A stretch of 55,083 nt of DNA from Nitrospiria bacterium (GCA_919903025.1 CAKKSE010000076.1:1-55083); one strand, 5' to 3'; positions 11,328 to 20,681 are shown, counted from the stretch's first letter. Numbers and translations are program-made. Notes: a model not told the origin generated them from the letters alone.

Positions 11328-12631
11328 CCGTGCTCCTTGAAGAACGCGTCCAGCGCATCGGCCAGCGTCGGCCGGCCCGCGTCCACGGCCTCATAAGTGA
11401 CGCGAATGACCGGCTTATCGATCTTCGCGATCCGCTCGAGATCGACCGGTGTCGCGACGACGACCACGTCGCAAGGCGTGCGCCGGATGGAAGCGGCCAG
11501 GTCTTCCACCTGCGCCGGCGAGTACCCGATGGCCGGAACGACGTCGCCCAAATGAGGACAGGCGGAAAAGGCGTGTTTGATCAGGCCGAGGGCGTAAGGG
11601 CGGGGATCGACGATCACCGCGCCGGCCGCGCGTGCTGCGATCGTCCCCGCGCCGTAGGCCATCCCGCCGTGCGTGAGCGTGGGGCCGTCCTCGACGACGA
11701 GGGCCCGCTTGTCCTTGAGCTTCTTGACCCCCGGCGCGCGGATCGCGAGGTTCATCCGGACGATCTTCGCGCTCGGGTTCACGCGGCGGACGGTTTTCTC
11801 CACGGCGGCCATGCTTTCCGCGGAAGCCGTGTTGGCCTTGGAGACAACGACCACGTGCGCCCGCCTGAGGCCGGCCTCGCCCGGGTGGAACCGGGTCTCG
11901 TCGCCGGCACGGAGGGGATCGGCGACGACGATCTCGAGCGAAGGATGGAAGAACGAGAAGTCGTTGTTTCCTCCGTCCCAGAGGATCGTGTCCCCTTCCT
12001 TCTGGGCCGCGGCCAGGACCGCCTCGTAGTCGATCCCCGCCATGACGGTCCCGCCGAGCGCGACGATCGGTTCGAACTCCTCCCTCTCCTCGATCGAGAG
12101 CCCGGCTTTGTCCAGATCCCTGATGTGGGCGAATCTCTGGACCTTTCTCGACGCGGAGAGATCGCCGTACGGCATCGGATGGCGGACGATGACGGGCTTC
12201 TTGTTCCGCTGGGCGAGGGCCTTGAGAAGATAGCGCGTGACGGGCGATTTGCCCGCGCCCGTTCGGACGGCGCAGACGGAGATGACGGGGACCCGGGCGT
12301 GGAGCATCGTCGATTCGGGTCCCAGGATCCAGAAATCGGCCCCCGCGGCAAGGGCCTTCGACGCCGCGTGCATGACGTCTTCGTGCGCGACGTCGCTGTA
12401 TGCGAAGACGACCCGGTGAACGCCGTGCTCGCGGATCAAGGCGGGGAGCTCGTCCTCGGCGTGGATCGGAATTCCCTGGGGGTAGAGGGGGCCGGCGAGC
12501 TCGGGTGGGTAGGTCCGGCCGGCGATCCCCGGAATCTGAGCGGCGGTGAAGGCGACGACTTCGAACCCCGGTTTTTGCTTGAAGAAGACGTTGAAGTTGT
12601 GGAAGTCGCGGCCCGCGGCCCCCATGATCAC
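11324..12631 (-). CDS. P-loop GTPase-like protein (COG2403 / cyclic 2,3-diphosphoglycerate synthetase-like family)
   Basis: Conserved N-terminus VIMGAAGRDFHNFN and Walker A RTGAGKS. ORF 11324..12781 trimmed to the GTG at 12631 (or the ATG at 12625), because the upstream 150 nt is a REP hairpin array read as SPLAGEG repeats. Confidence 0.6.
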   Translation of the reverse strand: MIMGAAGRDFHNFNVFFKQKPGFEVVAFTAAQIPGIAGRTYPPELAGPLYPQGIPIHAEDELPALIREHGVHRVVFAYSDVAHEDVMHAASKALAAGADFWILGPESTMLHARVPVISVCAVRTGAGKSPVTRYLLKALAQRNKKPVIVRHPMPYGDLSASRKVQRFAHIRDLDKAGLSIEEREEFEPIVALGGTVMAGIDYEAVLAAAQKEGDTILWDGGNNDFSFFHPSLEIVVADPLRAGDETRFHPGEAGLRRAHVVVVSKANTASAESMAAVEKTVRRVNPSAKIVRMNLAIRAPGVKKLKDKRALVVEDGPTLTHGGMAYGAGTIAARAAGAVIVDPRPYALGLIKHAFSACPHLGDVVPAIGYSPAQVEDLAASIRRTPCDVVVVATPVDLERIAKIDKPVIRVTYEAVDAGRPTLADALDAFFKEHG

Positions 12632-12651
12632 GACGCGGATGCGGCTGCGAT

Positions 12652-12763
12652 CCCCCTCACCCCGGCCCTCTCCCGCCAGGGGAGAGGGGAAAGATGGAGT
12701 GCCCTCTCCCGCCAGGGGAGAGGGGGAAAATGGGGCGCTCTCTCCCTCGGGCGGGAGAGGGGA
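12652..12763 (-). repeat. array of three REP-like GC-rich hairpins (CCCTCTCCC-N5-GGGAGAGGG), the first with a G-tract tail
   Basis: Stems at 12666..12688, 12702..12724 and 12740..12759. On the minus strand the first unit reads GGGagaGGGccGGGGtgaGGGGG. Confidence 0.85.
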
Positions 12764-12767
12764 TGTC

Positions 12768-14045
12768 TTATGCCGAGCCATCGAGCGCTTTTTCGAAGAT
12801 GTCCAGGCCCTGGTCCATCTCGGCGTCCGTCGCGATCAGCGGGGGGATGAAGCGGATCACGTGCTTGTCCCGGCCGCAGTCGATCAGGACGAGCCCCCGC
12901 TCCTGGCAGGCTGAGCGGACCTTCCTGCACGCTTCGGGATTGGGCGAGCCGTCCTCCTTCACGAACTCGATCCCGATCATGAGGCCCGGGCCGCGGACGT
13001 CGCCGATGGCGGAAAAGCGCCTGGACAGATCGACGAGTCTGTCTGTCGCCCGGCGGCCGAGGGTGAGGGCGCGTTCAAGGAGCCCTTCCCGCTCGATCAC
13101 GTCGATCGTGGCCAGGGCCGCGGCGCAGGCGACGGGGTTTCCGCCGAACGTCGTCCCGTGGGCCCCAGGGGACCACTTCTCCATCGTCTCCGGCCGCGCG
13201 ACGATCGCCGAGAGGGGGAATCCGGAGGCGATCCCCTTGGCGATCAGCAGGACGTCCGGAACGACGTCCGCGCCCTGGCAGGCGAAGAACCTCCCGGTCC
13301 GCCCCATCCCGCACTGGATCTCGTCGAAGATCAGCACGATCCCGTGCCGGTCGCACGTCTCGCGGAGATATTTCAGGTATTCCGCCGGCGCGGGGACGTA
13401 GCCGCCTTCGCCCTGGATCGGTTCGATGATGACGGCCGCGACCTCCTCGGGGGGGATCACCGTCCGGAAGATCCGCTCAAGGTCGGCGCGGCATTCGAGG
13501 CCGCAGGCGTCGCGGTTGCGAGAGGCGGGGCAACGGAAGCAGTACGGGAAGTCGGCGTGGTAGACGGCGGGGAGGAGGGGATGGGTCCGGCGGCGGTACT
13601 TCACGTTCGACGTGGTGAGCGAGACGGCGCCGAGCGTCCGGCCGTGGAACGCTCCGGTGAAGGCGACGATCCCCTGCCGGCCCGTGACGAAGCGCGCGAG
13701 CTTGATCGCCCCGTCGACCACCTCGGCGCCGCTGTTGGAGAAGAAGCAGGAGGCGAGCCCCGGCGGGGCGATCGTTCCGATCTTCTCGGCCAAAGCGACC
13801 ATCGGCTCGGTCCGGTAGACGTCGCTCGTGTGGATGAAGGCGTCGATCTGGGCCTTGGCCGCCGCGACGACGGCGGGATGGTTGTGCCCGATGTTGGCGA
13901 CGGCGAGGCCGGAGGAAAAATCGAGATACCGCCTGCCGTCGGAAGACGTGATCCATGCGCCCTCGGCCTTGACCGCATGGATGTCGGTCACGAAGGCGAG
14001 CGACGGCGCGATGACGGCCCTGGATCGGGAGATGATATCTGTCAT
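12768..14045 (-). CDS. class-III PLP aminotransferase (ornithine/GABA/acetylornithine aminotransferase family)
   Basis: 425 aa with DFSSGLAVANIGHNHP, FSNSGAEVVDGAIKLAR, LIFDEIQCGMGRTG and the PLP-lysine region DVLLIAKGIASG. Confidence 0.85.
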   Translation of the reverse strand: MTDIISRSRAVIAPSLAFVTDIHAVKAEGAWITSSDGRRYLDFSSGLAVANIGHNHPAVVAAAKAQIDAFIHTSDVYRTEPMVALAEKIGTIAPPGLASCFFSNSGAEVVDGAIKLARFVTGRQGIVAFTGAFHGRTLGAVSLTTSNVKYRRRTHPLLPAVYHADFPYCFRCPASRNRDACGLECRADLERIFRTVIPPEEVAAVIIEPIQGEGGYVPAPAEYLKYLRETCDRHGIVLIFDEIQCGMGRTGRFFACQGADVVPDVLLIAKGIASGFPLSAIVARPETMEKWSPGAHGTTFGGNPVACAAALATIDVIEREGLLERALTLGRRATDRLVDLSRRFSAIGDVRGPGLMIGIEFVKEDGSPNPEACRKVRSACQERGLVLIDCGRDKHVIRFIPPLIATDAEMDQGLDIFEKALDGSA

Positions 14046-14112
14046 CGAGACACTATGGCCGCCCGCGGTCCGGGCGGTCGGGCGGCAGGGCGCGTTCTCA
14101 TTCGCAGTTTCT

Positions 14113-14155
14113 CCGATTCACCCATTCACCGATTCACCGATTCATCCGCTCATCC
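14113..14155 (-). repeat. 8-nt tandem repeat (GGTGAATC on the sense/minus strand, about 5 units)
   Basis: The plus strand reads CCGATTCA CCCATTCA CCGATTCA CCGATTCA TCCGCTCA. The aldehyde dehydrogenase stop (14150..14152) lies in the last unit. Confidence 0.9.
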
Positions 14156-15643
14156 CCGGTCGATCTGGGCTTTCTGGAGCCGGCCGGAGAAGTCCCGGTA
14201 GATCACCTTCCACTTCGTGAAGAAGTCGAGGGCGCCGCCGCGCCCGCCGGCCTCGCGCGGGCCGCTTCCGCTCCCTTTCGTTCCGCCGAAGGGAAGCTGG
14301 ATCTCCGCGCCGATCGTGGAGGCGTTGACGTAAACAAGCCCCGTATCCATGTCGCGCTCGGCGATGGCCGACTTGTTCACGTCCCGGGTATAAATCGCCG
14401 ACGACAGGCCGTACTTCGTCCCGTTCACGATCTCGATGGCGTGCGCCAGGTCTCGCGCCCGGATGACGGCGACGACCGGGCCGAAGATTTCCTCCCGGGC
14501 GATCCGCATCTTCGGGTCCACGTCCGCGAAGACCGTGGGTTCGATGAACCACCCTTCGGCCAGACTGCCCGAGACCTTGCGCTTCCCGCCGCAGAGGAGC
14601 CTCGCCCCTTCCTTCCTGCCGATCTCGATGTAGTCCAGAACCTTGTTCATCTGCTCCTGGCTCACGACGGGTCCCACGTCCGTCGAAGGATCGAGACCGT
14701 CGCCCAGCCGAAGGGCTTTCGCCCGGCCGGCGAACTTCTCCAGAAAGGAGTCGCAGACCTTCTCATGGACGACGATTCGGGCGGCGGCGGTGCATCGCTG
14801 GCCGGACGTGCCGAACCCTCCCCAGATTGCGCCTTCCACGGCCAGGTCCAGGTCCGCGTCGTCCATCACGACGATCGCGTTCTTCCCGCCCATCTCCGTG
14901 GAGACGGACCGGTGAAGGGCGCCGCAGGCTTGCTCGATTCCCTCGCCCGTATCGCACGATCCGGTAAAAGACACGGCGTCGATCCCGGCGTGCGAGACCA
15001 GCGCCCCGCCCGCCTCGGAGCCCGTCCCATGGACGAGGTTGAGGACGCCGGGCGGGAGGCCGGCCTCGACGAGAATCTCCACGAGCCGCGTCGCGCAGAC
15101 GGGCGTGAGCGACGACGGCTTGAAGACGACCGTGTTGCCGCAGACGAGCGCGGGAAAGATCTTCCAGGCGGGGATGGCCACCGGGAAGTTCCAGGGTGTG
15201 ATGAGGGCGCAGACGCCGACGGGCACGCGGACGCTCTTCGCGTCCTTGTCGGGAAGCTCGGAGGGGACCGTCTCGCCGGAGAGCCGCCGGCCTTCACCCG
15301 CCATGTAGAAGGCCATGTCGATCGCTTCCTGGACGTCTCCCAGGCCTTCCTTCAGGACCTTTCCCATTTCCCGCGTGACGAGGCGGCCGAGATCCTCTTT
15401 TCTTCGCGCCAGAAGCTCACCCGCACGGATGAGGACCTCGCCCCGTCGCGGTGCGGGCGTGAGCCGCCAGGCGTCGAATGCCCGCCGGGCCGCGTCGACG
15501 GCGGCATCAACCTCGGCCTCCGAAGAGCGGGGAACGCGGGCCAGGACGTCCGACGCGCGGGCCGGATTGACGCTCTCGATCGTATTCGAAGGGGGCGGTT
15601 CGGTCCATCGGCCGCCGATCAGGTTCCGAAGCGTCTCGGGCAT
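14150..15643 (-). CDS. aldehyde dehydrogenase family (likely 1-pyrroline-5-carboxylate / glutamate-semialdehyde dehydrogenase)
   Basis: ORF trimmed to [13 protein letters not shown] at 15643, with GGAGG 8 nt upstream. ALDH motifs FTGS, MGGKNA and GQRCTAA. Lies in the same cluster as proline dehydrogenase. Confidence 0.8.
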   Translation of the reverse strand: MPETLRNLIGGRWTEPPPSNTIESVNPARASDVLARVPRSSEAEVDAAVDAARRAFDAWRLTPAPRRGEVLIRAGELLARRKEDLGRLVTREMGKVLKEGLGDVQEAIDMAFYMAGEGRRLSGETVPSELPDKDAKSVRVPVGVCALITPWNFPVAIPAWKIFPALVCGNTVVFKPSSLTPVCATRLVEILVEAGLPPGVLNLVHGTGSEAGGALVSHAGIDAVSFTGSCDTGEGIEQACGALHRSVSTEMGGKNAIVVMDDADLDLAVEGAIWGGFGTSGQRCTAAARIVVHEKVCDSFLEKFAGRAKALRLGDGLDPSTDVGPVVSQEQMNKVLDYIEIGRKEGARLLCGGKRKVSGSLAEGWFIEPTVFADVDPKMRIAREEIFGPVVAVIRARDLAHAIEIVNGTKYGLSSAIYTRDVNKSAIAERDMDTGLVYVNASTIGAEIQLPFGGTKGSGSGPREAGGRGGALDFFTKWKVIYRDFSGRLQKAQIDRG

Positions 15644-15714
15644 GGCTTGGCCTCCGGTGTCGGCGAGAAACGTACCATAATAGCCATAGGTCATTCAACG
15701 CTGGGGGGGGCTGA

Positions 15715-15770
15715 GGAATTGGAAATTGAAAATTGAAAATTGTAAATTGGAAATTGGAAGTTGGAAAAGT
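15715..15770 (+). repeat. 7-nt tandem repeat (GAAATTG/AAAATTG, about 8 units)
   Basis: GGAATTG GAAATTG AAAATTG AAAATTG TAAATTG GAAATTG GAAGTTG GAAAAGT, followed by TCGATGGTTGGGGGTCTCCCATCAACCGATCGACCCATCAACC (to 15812). Confidence 0.9.
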
Positions 15771-15820
15771 CGATGGTTGGGGGTCTCCCATCAACCGATC
15801 GACCCATCAACCTAACCGCG

Positions 15821-15849
15821 TTGACACGCCCACGCCTTTCGGATATAAG
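15821..15849 (+). promoter_or_regulatory. sigma-70-type promoter TTGACA-N17-TATAAG upstream of the histidine kinase
   Basis: Hexamers read directly. The -10 element ends 27 nt before the ATG at 15876. Confidence 0.5.
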
Positions 15850-15875
15850 CGCTGGAAAAGACGCGGGGAAACGGC

Positions 15876-17381
15876 ATGGCCGGGTTGGAAGAGATCAAGG
15901 CCGAAGAACGAAGACGCCTGGAGCGCGAACAGCTCTTTGTCCGCCTCATCGTCATCACCCTCGTCGTGGTCTATTCCTACGCCAATCTGGGGCTCCCGGG
16001 ACCGAGGTCCACGGCCTTCTTCGCAACCCTCATCTTTGCGGTCTACTACGCGGGCCTCCTCTTCTACTACCTCGCGCTCCGGCGGGACTGGATCGCGGGC
16101 GCCCGGATCTACGTCGGTCTCACGCTCGACAACATCATCATCACGACCGGCGTCTTCATCTCCGGCCAGACCCAGAGCGCCTTCTACGTCTTCTACTACC
16201 TGGTCGGGTTCGGAACCGGGTTTCGATACGGCCAGACGCCGATGCTCGTCTCCCTGGCGCAGGCCACGGTCGGATACTCGGGCATCATCCTCTACGACTA
16301 CGTTACGCCGCCCCACGAGCCCCAGATCTCGATGGAGGTCATCAAGATCCTGGCCATGTGGGGCCTCACGTACTACGTGACGGTCCTGATCCAGAAGCTC
16401 CGAAAGAAGGAGAAGAACGTCCTGGAGCTGGCGCGGCGGGTCCAGAAGCTCGAGGACCCTGGGGTGGACCCGCAGTCGGTCTACTTCTCGACGGGGGACG
16501 AGATCGAGGTATTGGCGGGAACGTTCAACGCGCTGACAGACTCGCTCAAGCGCCGCGAGGAGGCGCTCACGCGGCAGAACGAGGAGCTTCGCCGGATGGC
16601 CGACGAGCTTAGGAAGTCGCTCGCCCTCAAGGAGGAGAACGTCGAGCTTCGCTTGCTCACGGAGGAGCTCAACCGGCAGAAGGATCTGGCCGTCCACGCC
16701 ACGCAGGCGAAAACAAAGTTCCTCGCCACGATGTCGCACGAGCTCCGGACGCCGCTCACCTCGATCCGGTGGTCGGCCGAGAACATCCTGGCCGGCGTCG
16801 GCGGGCCGATCAGCCCGAAACAGCAGGACTACCTGAAGGCCCAGATCAGGACGACCGATCACCTGATCCGGCTGGTGAACGAATTGCTCGATCTCTCGCG
16901 GATCGAGGAGGGGCGGATCGTCCTGAACCGGACCCGCCAGACCGTGTGGGAGATCGTCCGCGACGCGATGGCGGACGTCCAGGGGATCGCGGAACAGCGC
17001 GGCGTCCAAGTCGTCGTCGGCTCTTCCGACGGGAGCGAGCGGATGGAGGTGTCGGTCGACAGGGACCGCATTCTCCAGGTCCTCGTGAACCTCCTTCATA
17101 ACGCGATCAAGCACGCTCCCGCGGGAAGCCGCGTGACGATCGACGCCGGCGCCCGTTCGTCGGAGTTCCGGATCGACGTGGCGGACGAGGGGGGAGGAAT
17201 CTCCGCCGAGTTCCTGCCGCACATTTTCGACCCGTTCACCCAGGCGGAGACGGTGAAGGAGGGCGCCGGCCTGGGGCTCGCCATCGCCAAGAACCTGGTG
17301 GAGCTGCACGGGGGGAGGCTGACGGTCGAAAGCGCCGTCGGCGTGGGAAGCCGGTTCTCCGTCTATCTGCCGATGGGGTGA
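15876..17381 (+). CDS. membrane sensor histidine kinase
   Basis: Multiple N-terminal TM helices, coiled-coil linker, H-box ATMSHELRTPLTSI, and an HATPase region with NLLHNAIKH, DEGGGI and GAGLGLAI. Confidence 0.85.
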   Translation: MAGLEEIKAEERRRLEREQLFVRLIVITLVVVYSYANLGLPGPRSTAFFATLIFAVYYAGLLFYYLALRRDWIAGARIYVGLTLDNIIITTGVFISGQTQSAFYVFYYLVGFGTGFRYGQTPMLVSLAQATVGYSGIILYDYVTPPHEPQISMEVIKILAMWGLTYYVTVLIQKLRKKEKNVLELARRVQKLEDPGVDPQSVYFSTGDEIEVLAGTFNALTDSLKRREEALTRQNEELRRMADELRKSLALKEENVELRLLTEELNRQKDLAVHATQAKTKFLATMSHELRTPLTSIRWSAENILAGVGGPISPKQQDYLKAQIRTTDHLIRLVNELLDLSRIEEGRIVLNRTRQTVWEIVRDAMADVQGIAEQRGVQVVVGSSDGSERMEVSVDRDRILQVLVNLLHNAIKHAPAGSRVTIDAGARSSEFRIDVADEGGGISAEFLPHIFDPFTQAETVKEGAGLGLAIAKNLVELHGGRLTVESAVGVGSRFSVYLPMG

Positions 17382-17388
17382 TGGGCAC

Positions 17389-17423
17389 AGAGTTCGGAGT
17401 TCAGAGTTCAGAGTTCGGAGTCT
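17389..17423 (+). repeat. 7-nt tandem repeat (AGAGTTC/GGAGTTC, 5 units) between the kinase and regulator genes
   Basis: AGAGTTC GGAGTTC AGAGTTC AGAGTTC GGAGTCT. Confidence 0.9.
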
Positions 17424-17452
17424 TGGGTTTCCAAGCACGGAGGGAAGATTCC

Positions 17453-18832
17453 ATGGCCGGACACACGATTCTGATCGTGGACGACGATCCGAACATCTCG
17501 GGGCTGATCGGCGACCGCCTCGAGCTCGAAGGGTACCGCGTGCTCAAGGCCGGGACAGCCAGGGAGGGACTCGACATGGTCCGGACGGGGCGTCCGACCG
17601 CCGTCCTTCTCGACATGATGCTCCCCGACGGCGACGGGATCGAGGTCCTCCGGACCCTGCGGGACGGCGGAAACGACATCGACGTCCTGATGCTGACGGC
17701 CCACGGAACGGTCGAGAAGGCGGTCGAGGCGATTAAGCTGGGGGCGTACGACTTCATCCTGAAGCCCTCGTCGTTCGAGGAGCTGTCTCTTCGCCTGCGG
17801 CACGCCCTGGAGCGGCAGAGCCTGAGCCGGAAGAACGCCATCCTGACAGAGGCGCTTTCCGGCGACCCGATCGACCCGGTGGCGGAGTCCCCGGCGATGG
17901 CCGGCGTTCTGGCCCTCGCCCGAAGGGTGGCCGAGACCGACGCCACCGTTCTCGTCCTGGGGGAGAGCGGGGTGGGGAAGGGCGTGGTCGCCCGCTGGCT
18001 CCACCAGCAAAGCCAGAGGAAAACCGGCCCGTTCGTCAAGGTGGACTGCACAATCCTGTCCGAGGAGCTCCTGGCGTCGGATCTCTTCGGCCACGAGCGG
18101 GGATCGTTCACGGGAGCGCATTCGCGCAAGGTTGGCCGGCTCGAAATGGCGGATGGGGGAACGGTCTTTCTCGACGAGATTGGGGAGCTTCCCCTTGCGC
18201 TCCAGCCCAAGCTCCTCCGCGTCATCGAAGAAGGCGCGTTCGAGCGGGTGGGGGGGACGGAAACGCTCAGGACGAACGCGCGGTTCATCGCCGCGACCAA
18301 CAGGCCTTTGGGCGAGATGGTCAAGAACGGGACCTTCCGCAAGGACCTTTACTACCGGATCAACGTCATGGCGGTCGACGTTCCGCCTCTGCGCGAACGC
18401 CCCGAGGACATCGTTCCCCTGGCCTGGCGCGTCCTCAACGGGAGGCGGATCGGGGCGCGTCGGGAAATTACAGCCATTTCGAAAGAAGGAATCAACGCCC
18501 TCCAGGCGTACTCCTGGCCGGGAAACGTCCGGGAGCTTCAGAACGTCGTCGAGAGAGCGATGATCCTCACGAGGGAGAACGAGATCACGCTGGAATCCCT
18601 TCCGCCGGAGATCCAGCCGCCCATGGATTCCGAGGCGGTGGAGAAAGAAGACGGATCTTCCTCGATGGAAGGATCTGTCAGGGAGTTCAAGAGGCGCCTG
18701 GTTCTTGAGGCGATCAGGGCCTCAGGCGGGAACAAGGCGGACGCCGCCCGGCGGCTGGGGATCAGCCGAACGTACCTCTTCCGGCTGATGGAACAACTGG
18801 GCGGGGGGTCGGAAGGGCAGGGACGCGAATAA
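17453..18832 (+). CDS. sigma-54-dependent response regulator (NtrC family)
   Basis: ORF trimmed to MAGHTILIVDDD, with GGAGGGA upstream. REC domain, AAA+ Walker A GESGVGKG, GSFTGA loop, C-terminal HTH NKADAARRLGISRTYLFRLM. Confidence 0.9.
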   Translation: MAGHTILIVDDDPNISGLIGDRLELEGYRVLKAGTAREGLDMVRTGRPTAVLLDMMLPDGDGIEVLRTLRDGGNDIDVLMLTAHGTVEKAVEAIKLGAYDFILKPSSFEELSLRLRHALERQSLSRKNAILTEALSGDPIDPVAESPAMAGVLALARRVAETDATVLVLGESGVGKGVVARWLHQQSQRKTGPFVKVDCTILSEELLASDLFGHERGSFTGAHSRKVGRLEMADGGTVFLDEIGELPLALQPKLLRVIEEGAFERVGGTETLRTNARFIAATNRPLGEMVKNGTFRKDLYYRINVMAVDVPPLRERPEDIVPLAWRVLNGRRIGARREITAISKEGINALQAYSWPGNVRELQNVVERAMILTRENEITLESLPPEIQPPMDSEAVEKEDGSSSMEGSVREFKRRLVLEAIRASGGNKADAARRLGISRTYLFRLMEQLGGGSEGQGRE

Positions 18833-18995
18833 GCACACCAAGGACCGTCTTGGAATATCGACACCCCTGAGGGGGGAACGTCTACTTTGTCGGACTCTCC
18901 CCGGACGCGGAAATCTTCTCATCTCTTCCTCAATGAAAGCGCCAAGACATTGTATTTTAAGCGGTTCCCCGGCCGCTGGCGGATAGAGTGCCTCC

Positions 18996-19011
18996 TGGCA
19001 CCGTGCCTGCA
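18996..19011 (+). promoter_or_regulatory. sigma-54 (-24/-12) promoter TGGCAC-N5-CTGCA
   Basis: One mismatch to TGGCAC-N5-TTGCA, with GG and GC spaced 10 nt apart. Lies 160 nt downstream of the NtrC-family gene and 205 nt upstream of the receiver-only gene. Confidence 0.5.
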
Positions 19012-19216
19012 AGACTTTCAAGTGGAAGGAAAGGCACTCCCATGATCGAGGCAGTCTCGGACGAGTACCCCTCCATCTCGGCCGAGACACCCCGGTCGCT
19101 GGGTTGGCCGATACGGGACCGGGCCGGCCCCTCCCCGGTTCGGACCCGTTTCTTTCCGGCGGCTGTCTTCCGGCTCGATGGAGAGTTGGTCGGAGGTAGA
19201 TTGAAAGGAGCAGACA

Positions 19217-19636
19217 ATGGCTCGGAGCGTTGTGGTCGCAAGCCCCCTTGAGTTGGATGCTGATGTGGAAAACGGTTCCTGCCGCGTCCTGGTGGCCGGC
19301 GCGGACCTGAGCCTCGCCTTCCTTCTGGCGGATCGGTTGATCCTGCACGGCTTCTACGCGACAGTTTCCACCGCCGTCCGGAACCTCGATCAGGTCCTCG
19401 ACATCCAGAAGCCGGACGCCGTACTCCTCGATCTTGACTCCGGTTCCGAAGCGGTTTTCCGCGCTCTCGCGGCGATCGACCGGTGCGGCATCCACGCCGT
19501 CCTATTCTCCAGCGAGGCGGCCGAGGCCTGGAACGGGCACATCAACCCGGCTACGAGTGTCTTCTTCCGCAAGCCGTTCGAGGCCGAACGGGTCCTGAAT
19601 CACCTCGACTCCCTCAAAGATGAGCCGGGGGTCTGA
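19217..19636 (+). CDS. single-domain response-regulator receiver (CheY-like) protein
   Basis: AAGGAG SD 7 nt upstream. The beta3 segment AVLLDLD contains a candidate phospho-acceptor Asp. AVLFSS provides the beta4 Ser and FRKPF the beta5 Lys-Pro. The first acidic pair is only partly conserved. Confidence 0.5.
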   Translation: MARSVVVASPLELDADVENGSCRVLVAGADLSLAFLLADRLILHGFYATVSTAVRNLDQVLDIQKPDAVLLDLDSGSEAVFRALAAIDRCGIHAVLFSSEAAEAWNGHINPATSVFFRKPFEAERVLNHLDSLKDEPGV

Positions 19637-19641
19637 TTTCA

Positions 19642-19686
19642 GGAATTGGAAATTGGAAATTGGAAATTGCAAGAATTGCAAGAATC
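19642..19686 (+). repeat. 7-nt tandem repeat (GAAATTG x4) followed by ATTGCAAGA x2
   Basis: GGAATTG GAAATTG GAAATTG GAAATTG CAAGAATTG CAAGAA, followed by TCGATGGTTGAGGTCGCCCATCGATCCATCAAC (to about 19717). Confidence 0.9.
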
Positions 19687-19722
19687 GATGGTTGAGGTCG
19701 CCCATCGATCCATCAACTCATC

Positions 19723-20247
19723 CTACTTCTGGATTTGGCTGACGATGTGGGTGAGTTCCGGAAGGATGAGGCGCTCCATCGCCAGCCGGACGGCGTTCTC
19801 GGATCCCGGCATCGAGACGATCAGCCGCCCCTTGCAAGCGCCGGCCGTCGCGCGCGAAAGGATCGCCGCGGACCCGATCTCCTGATACGAGAGAAACCGG
19901 AACAACTCGCCGAAGCCGTCCAGCCGCTTCTCCAGCAATCCATCGATCGTCTCGAACGTGGCGTCCCGCTTGGTGAGACCCGTCCCGCCGTTGATCAGAA
20001 TGGCTTCGACGGCCGGCGTCGCGGTCCCTTCCTCGATCGCCCGCTGGATCAGCCCGGGGTCATCCTTGACGATTTGGTAGAGGCGGACAGCGTGGCCTTC
20101 GCGGGCGAGAAGATCCCGAATGGCCCGCCCGCTGGCGTCGTTTTCTTCCGTGCGGGTGTCGGAGCAGGTGACGACCATACAGCCAATGCTCTTTTTCGCC
20201 TGGGCCTTGTGCTCGTGGGCGGGCGAGGCGGGGAAGCGGCCTTTCAT
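19723..20247 (-). CDS. moaB: molybdenum cofactor biosynthesis protein MoaB/MogA family
   Basis: VVTCSDTR...NGGTGLTKRDAT...GFGELFR...MPGSENAV. Start taken as the ATG in an ATGA overlap with the uspA stop. Confidence 0.75.
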   Translation of the reverse strand: MKGRFPASPAHEHKAQAKKSIGCMVVTCSDTRTEENDASGRAIRDLLAREGHAVRLYQIVKDDPGLIQRAIEEGTATPAVEAILINGGTGLTKRDATFETIDGLLEKRLDGFGELFRFLSYQEIGSAAILSRATAGACKGRLIVSMPGSENAVRLAMERLILPELTHIVSQIQK

Positions 20248-20681
20248 AGCGGGACGGTCAGGACCGGGCACGGGGCCATGCGGACGATCTTCTCCGCGGT
20301 GCTTCCGAAGAGGACGTAGTCGATCGGGCCGGTTTTCCCGTGGCTTCCCATCACGATCAGGTCGGCGCTGATCTCCCGCGCTTTTTTCGCGATCTCGGCG
20401 TCCGGGGCGCCGAAGACGATGGCCTCCTCGCGGATTCTTTCGCGGCCGCGGATCGCCTTGGCGAACTGCGTGAAGAGCCGCTTCGTCTCCTTGAGGGCCG
20501 CCGCCTCGACCGTCCGCTTGGGTCCCAAGCCGAGCCTTCTGGCGGCGTCGAGAATCCGCTGGTCGACAACCGTCATGAGGACGATCTTCCCGTCGAACCG
20601 GACCGCCAGCTCGGCGGCCGTGCTGTACGCCTGCCGCGAGCAGGGGGAGAAGTCAGTGGGAACCAGGATTGTTCGGAACAC
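20244..20681 (-). CDS. universal stress protein (UspA family)
   Basis: MFRTILVPTDFSPCS...DLIVMGSHGKTG...GSTAEKIVRMAPCPVLTV. Confidence 0.85.
   Translation of the reverse strand: MFRTILVPTDFSPCSRQAYSTAAELAVRFDGKIVLMTVVDQRILDAARRLGLGPKRTVEAAALKETKRLFTQFAKAIRGRERIREEAIVFGAPDAEIAKKAREISADLIVMGSHGKTGPIDYVLFGSTAEKIVRMAPCPVLTVPL

Noticed and set aside
12632-12781. N-terminal extension of the COG2403 ORF reading SPLPPEGES..SPLAGEGTPSFPSPLAGEGRGEG.
   Set aside because: This is the translation of three REP-like hairpins. The conserved protein starts at VIMGAAGRDF, so the extension was treated as intergenic repeat.
15715-15770. Tandem repeat arrays considered as CRISPR arrays (also at 19642, 23869, 29145 and 47133).
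   Set aside because: Units are 7-8 nt with no unique spacers, total length is under 80 nt, and no cas genes are present. They are microsatellites, not CRISPR.
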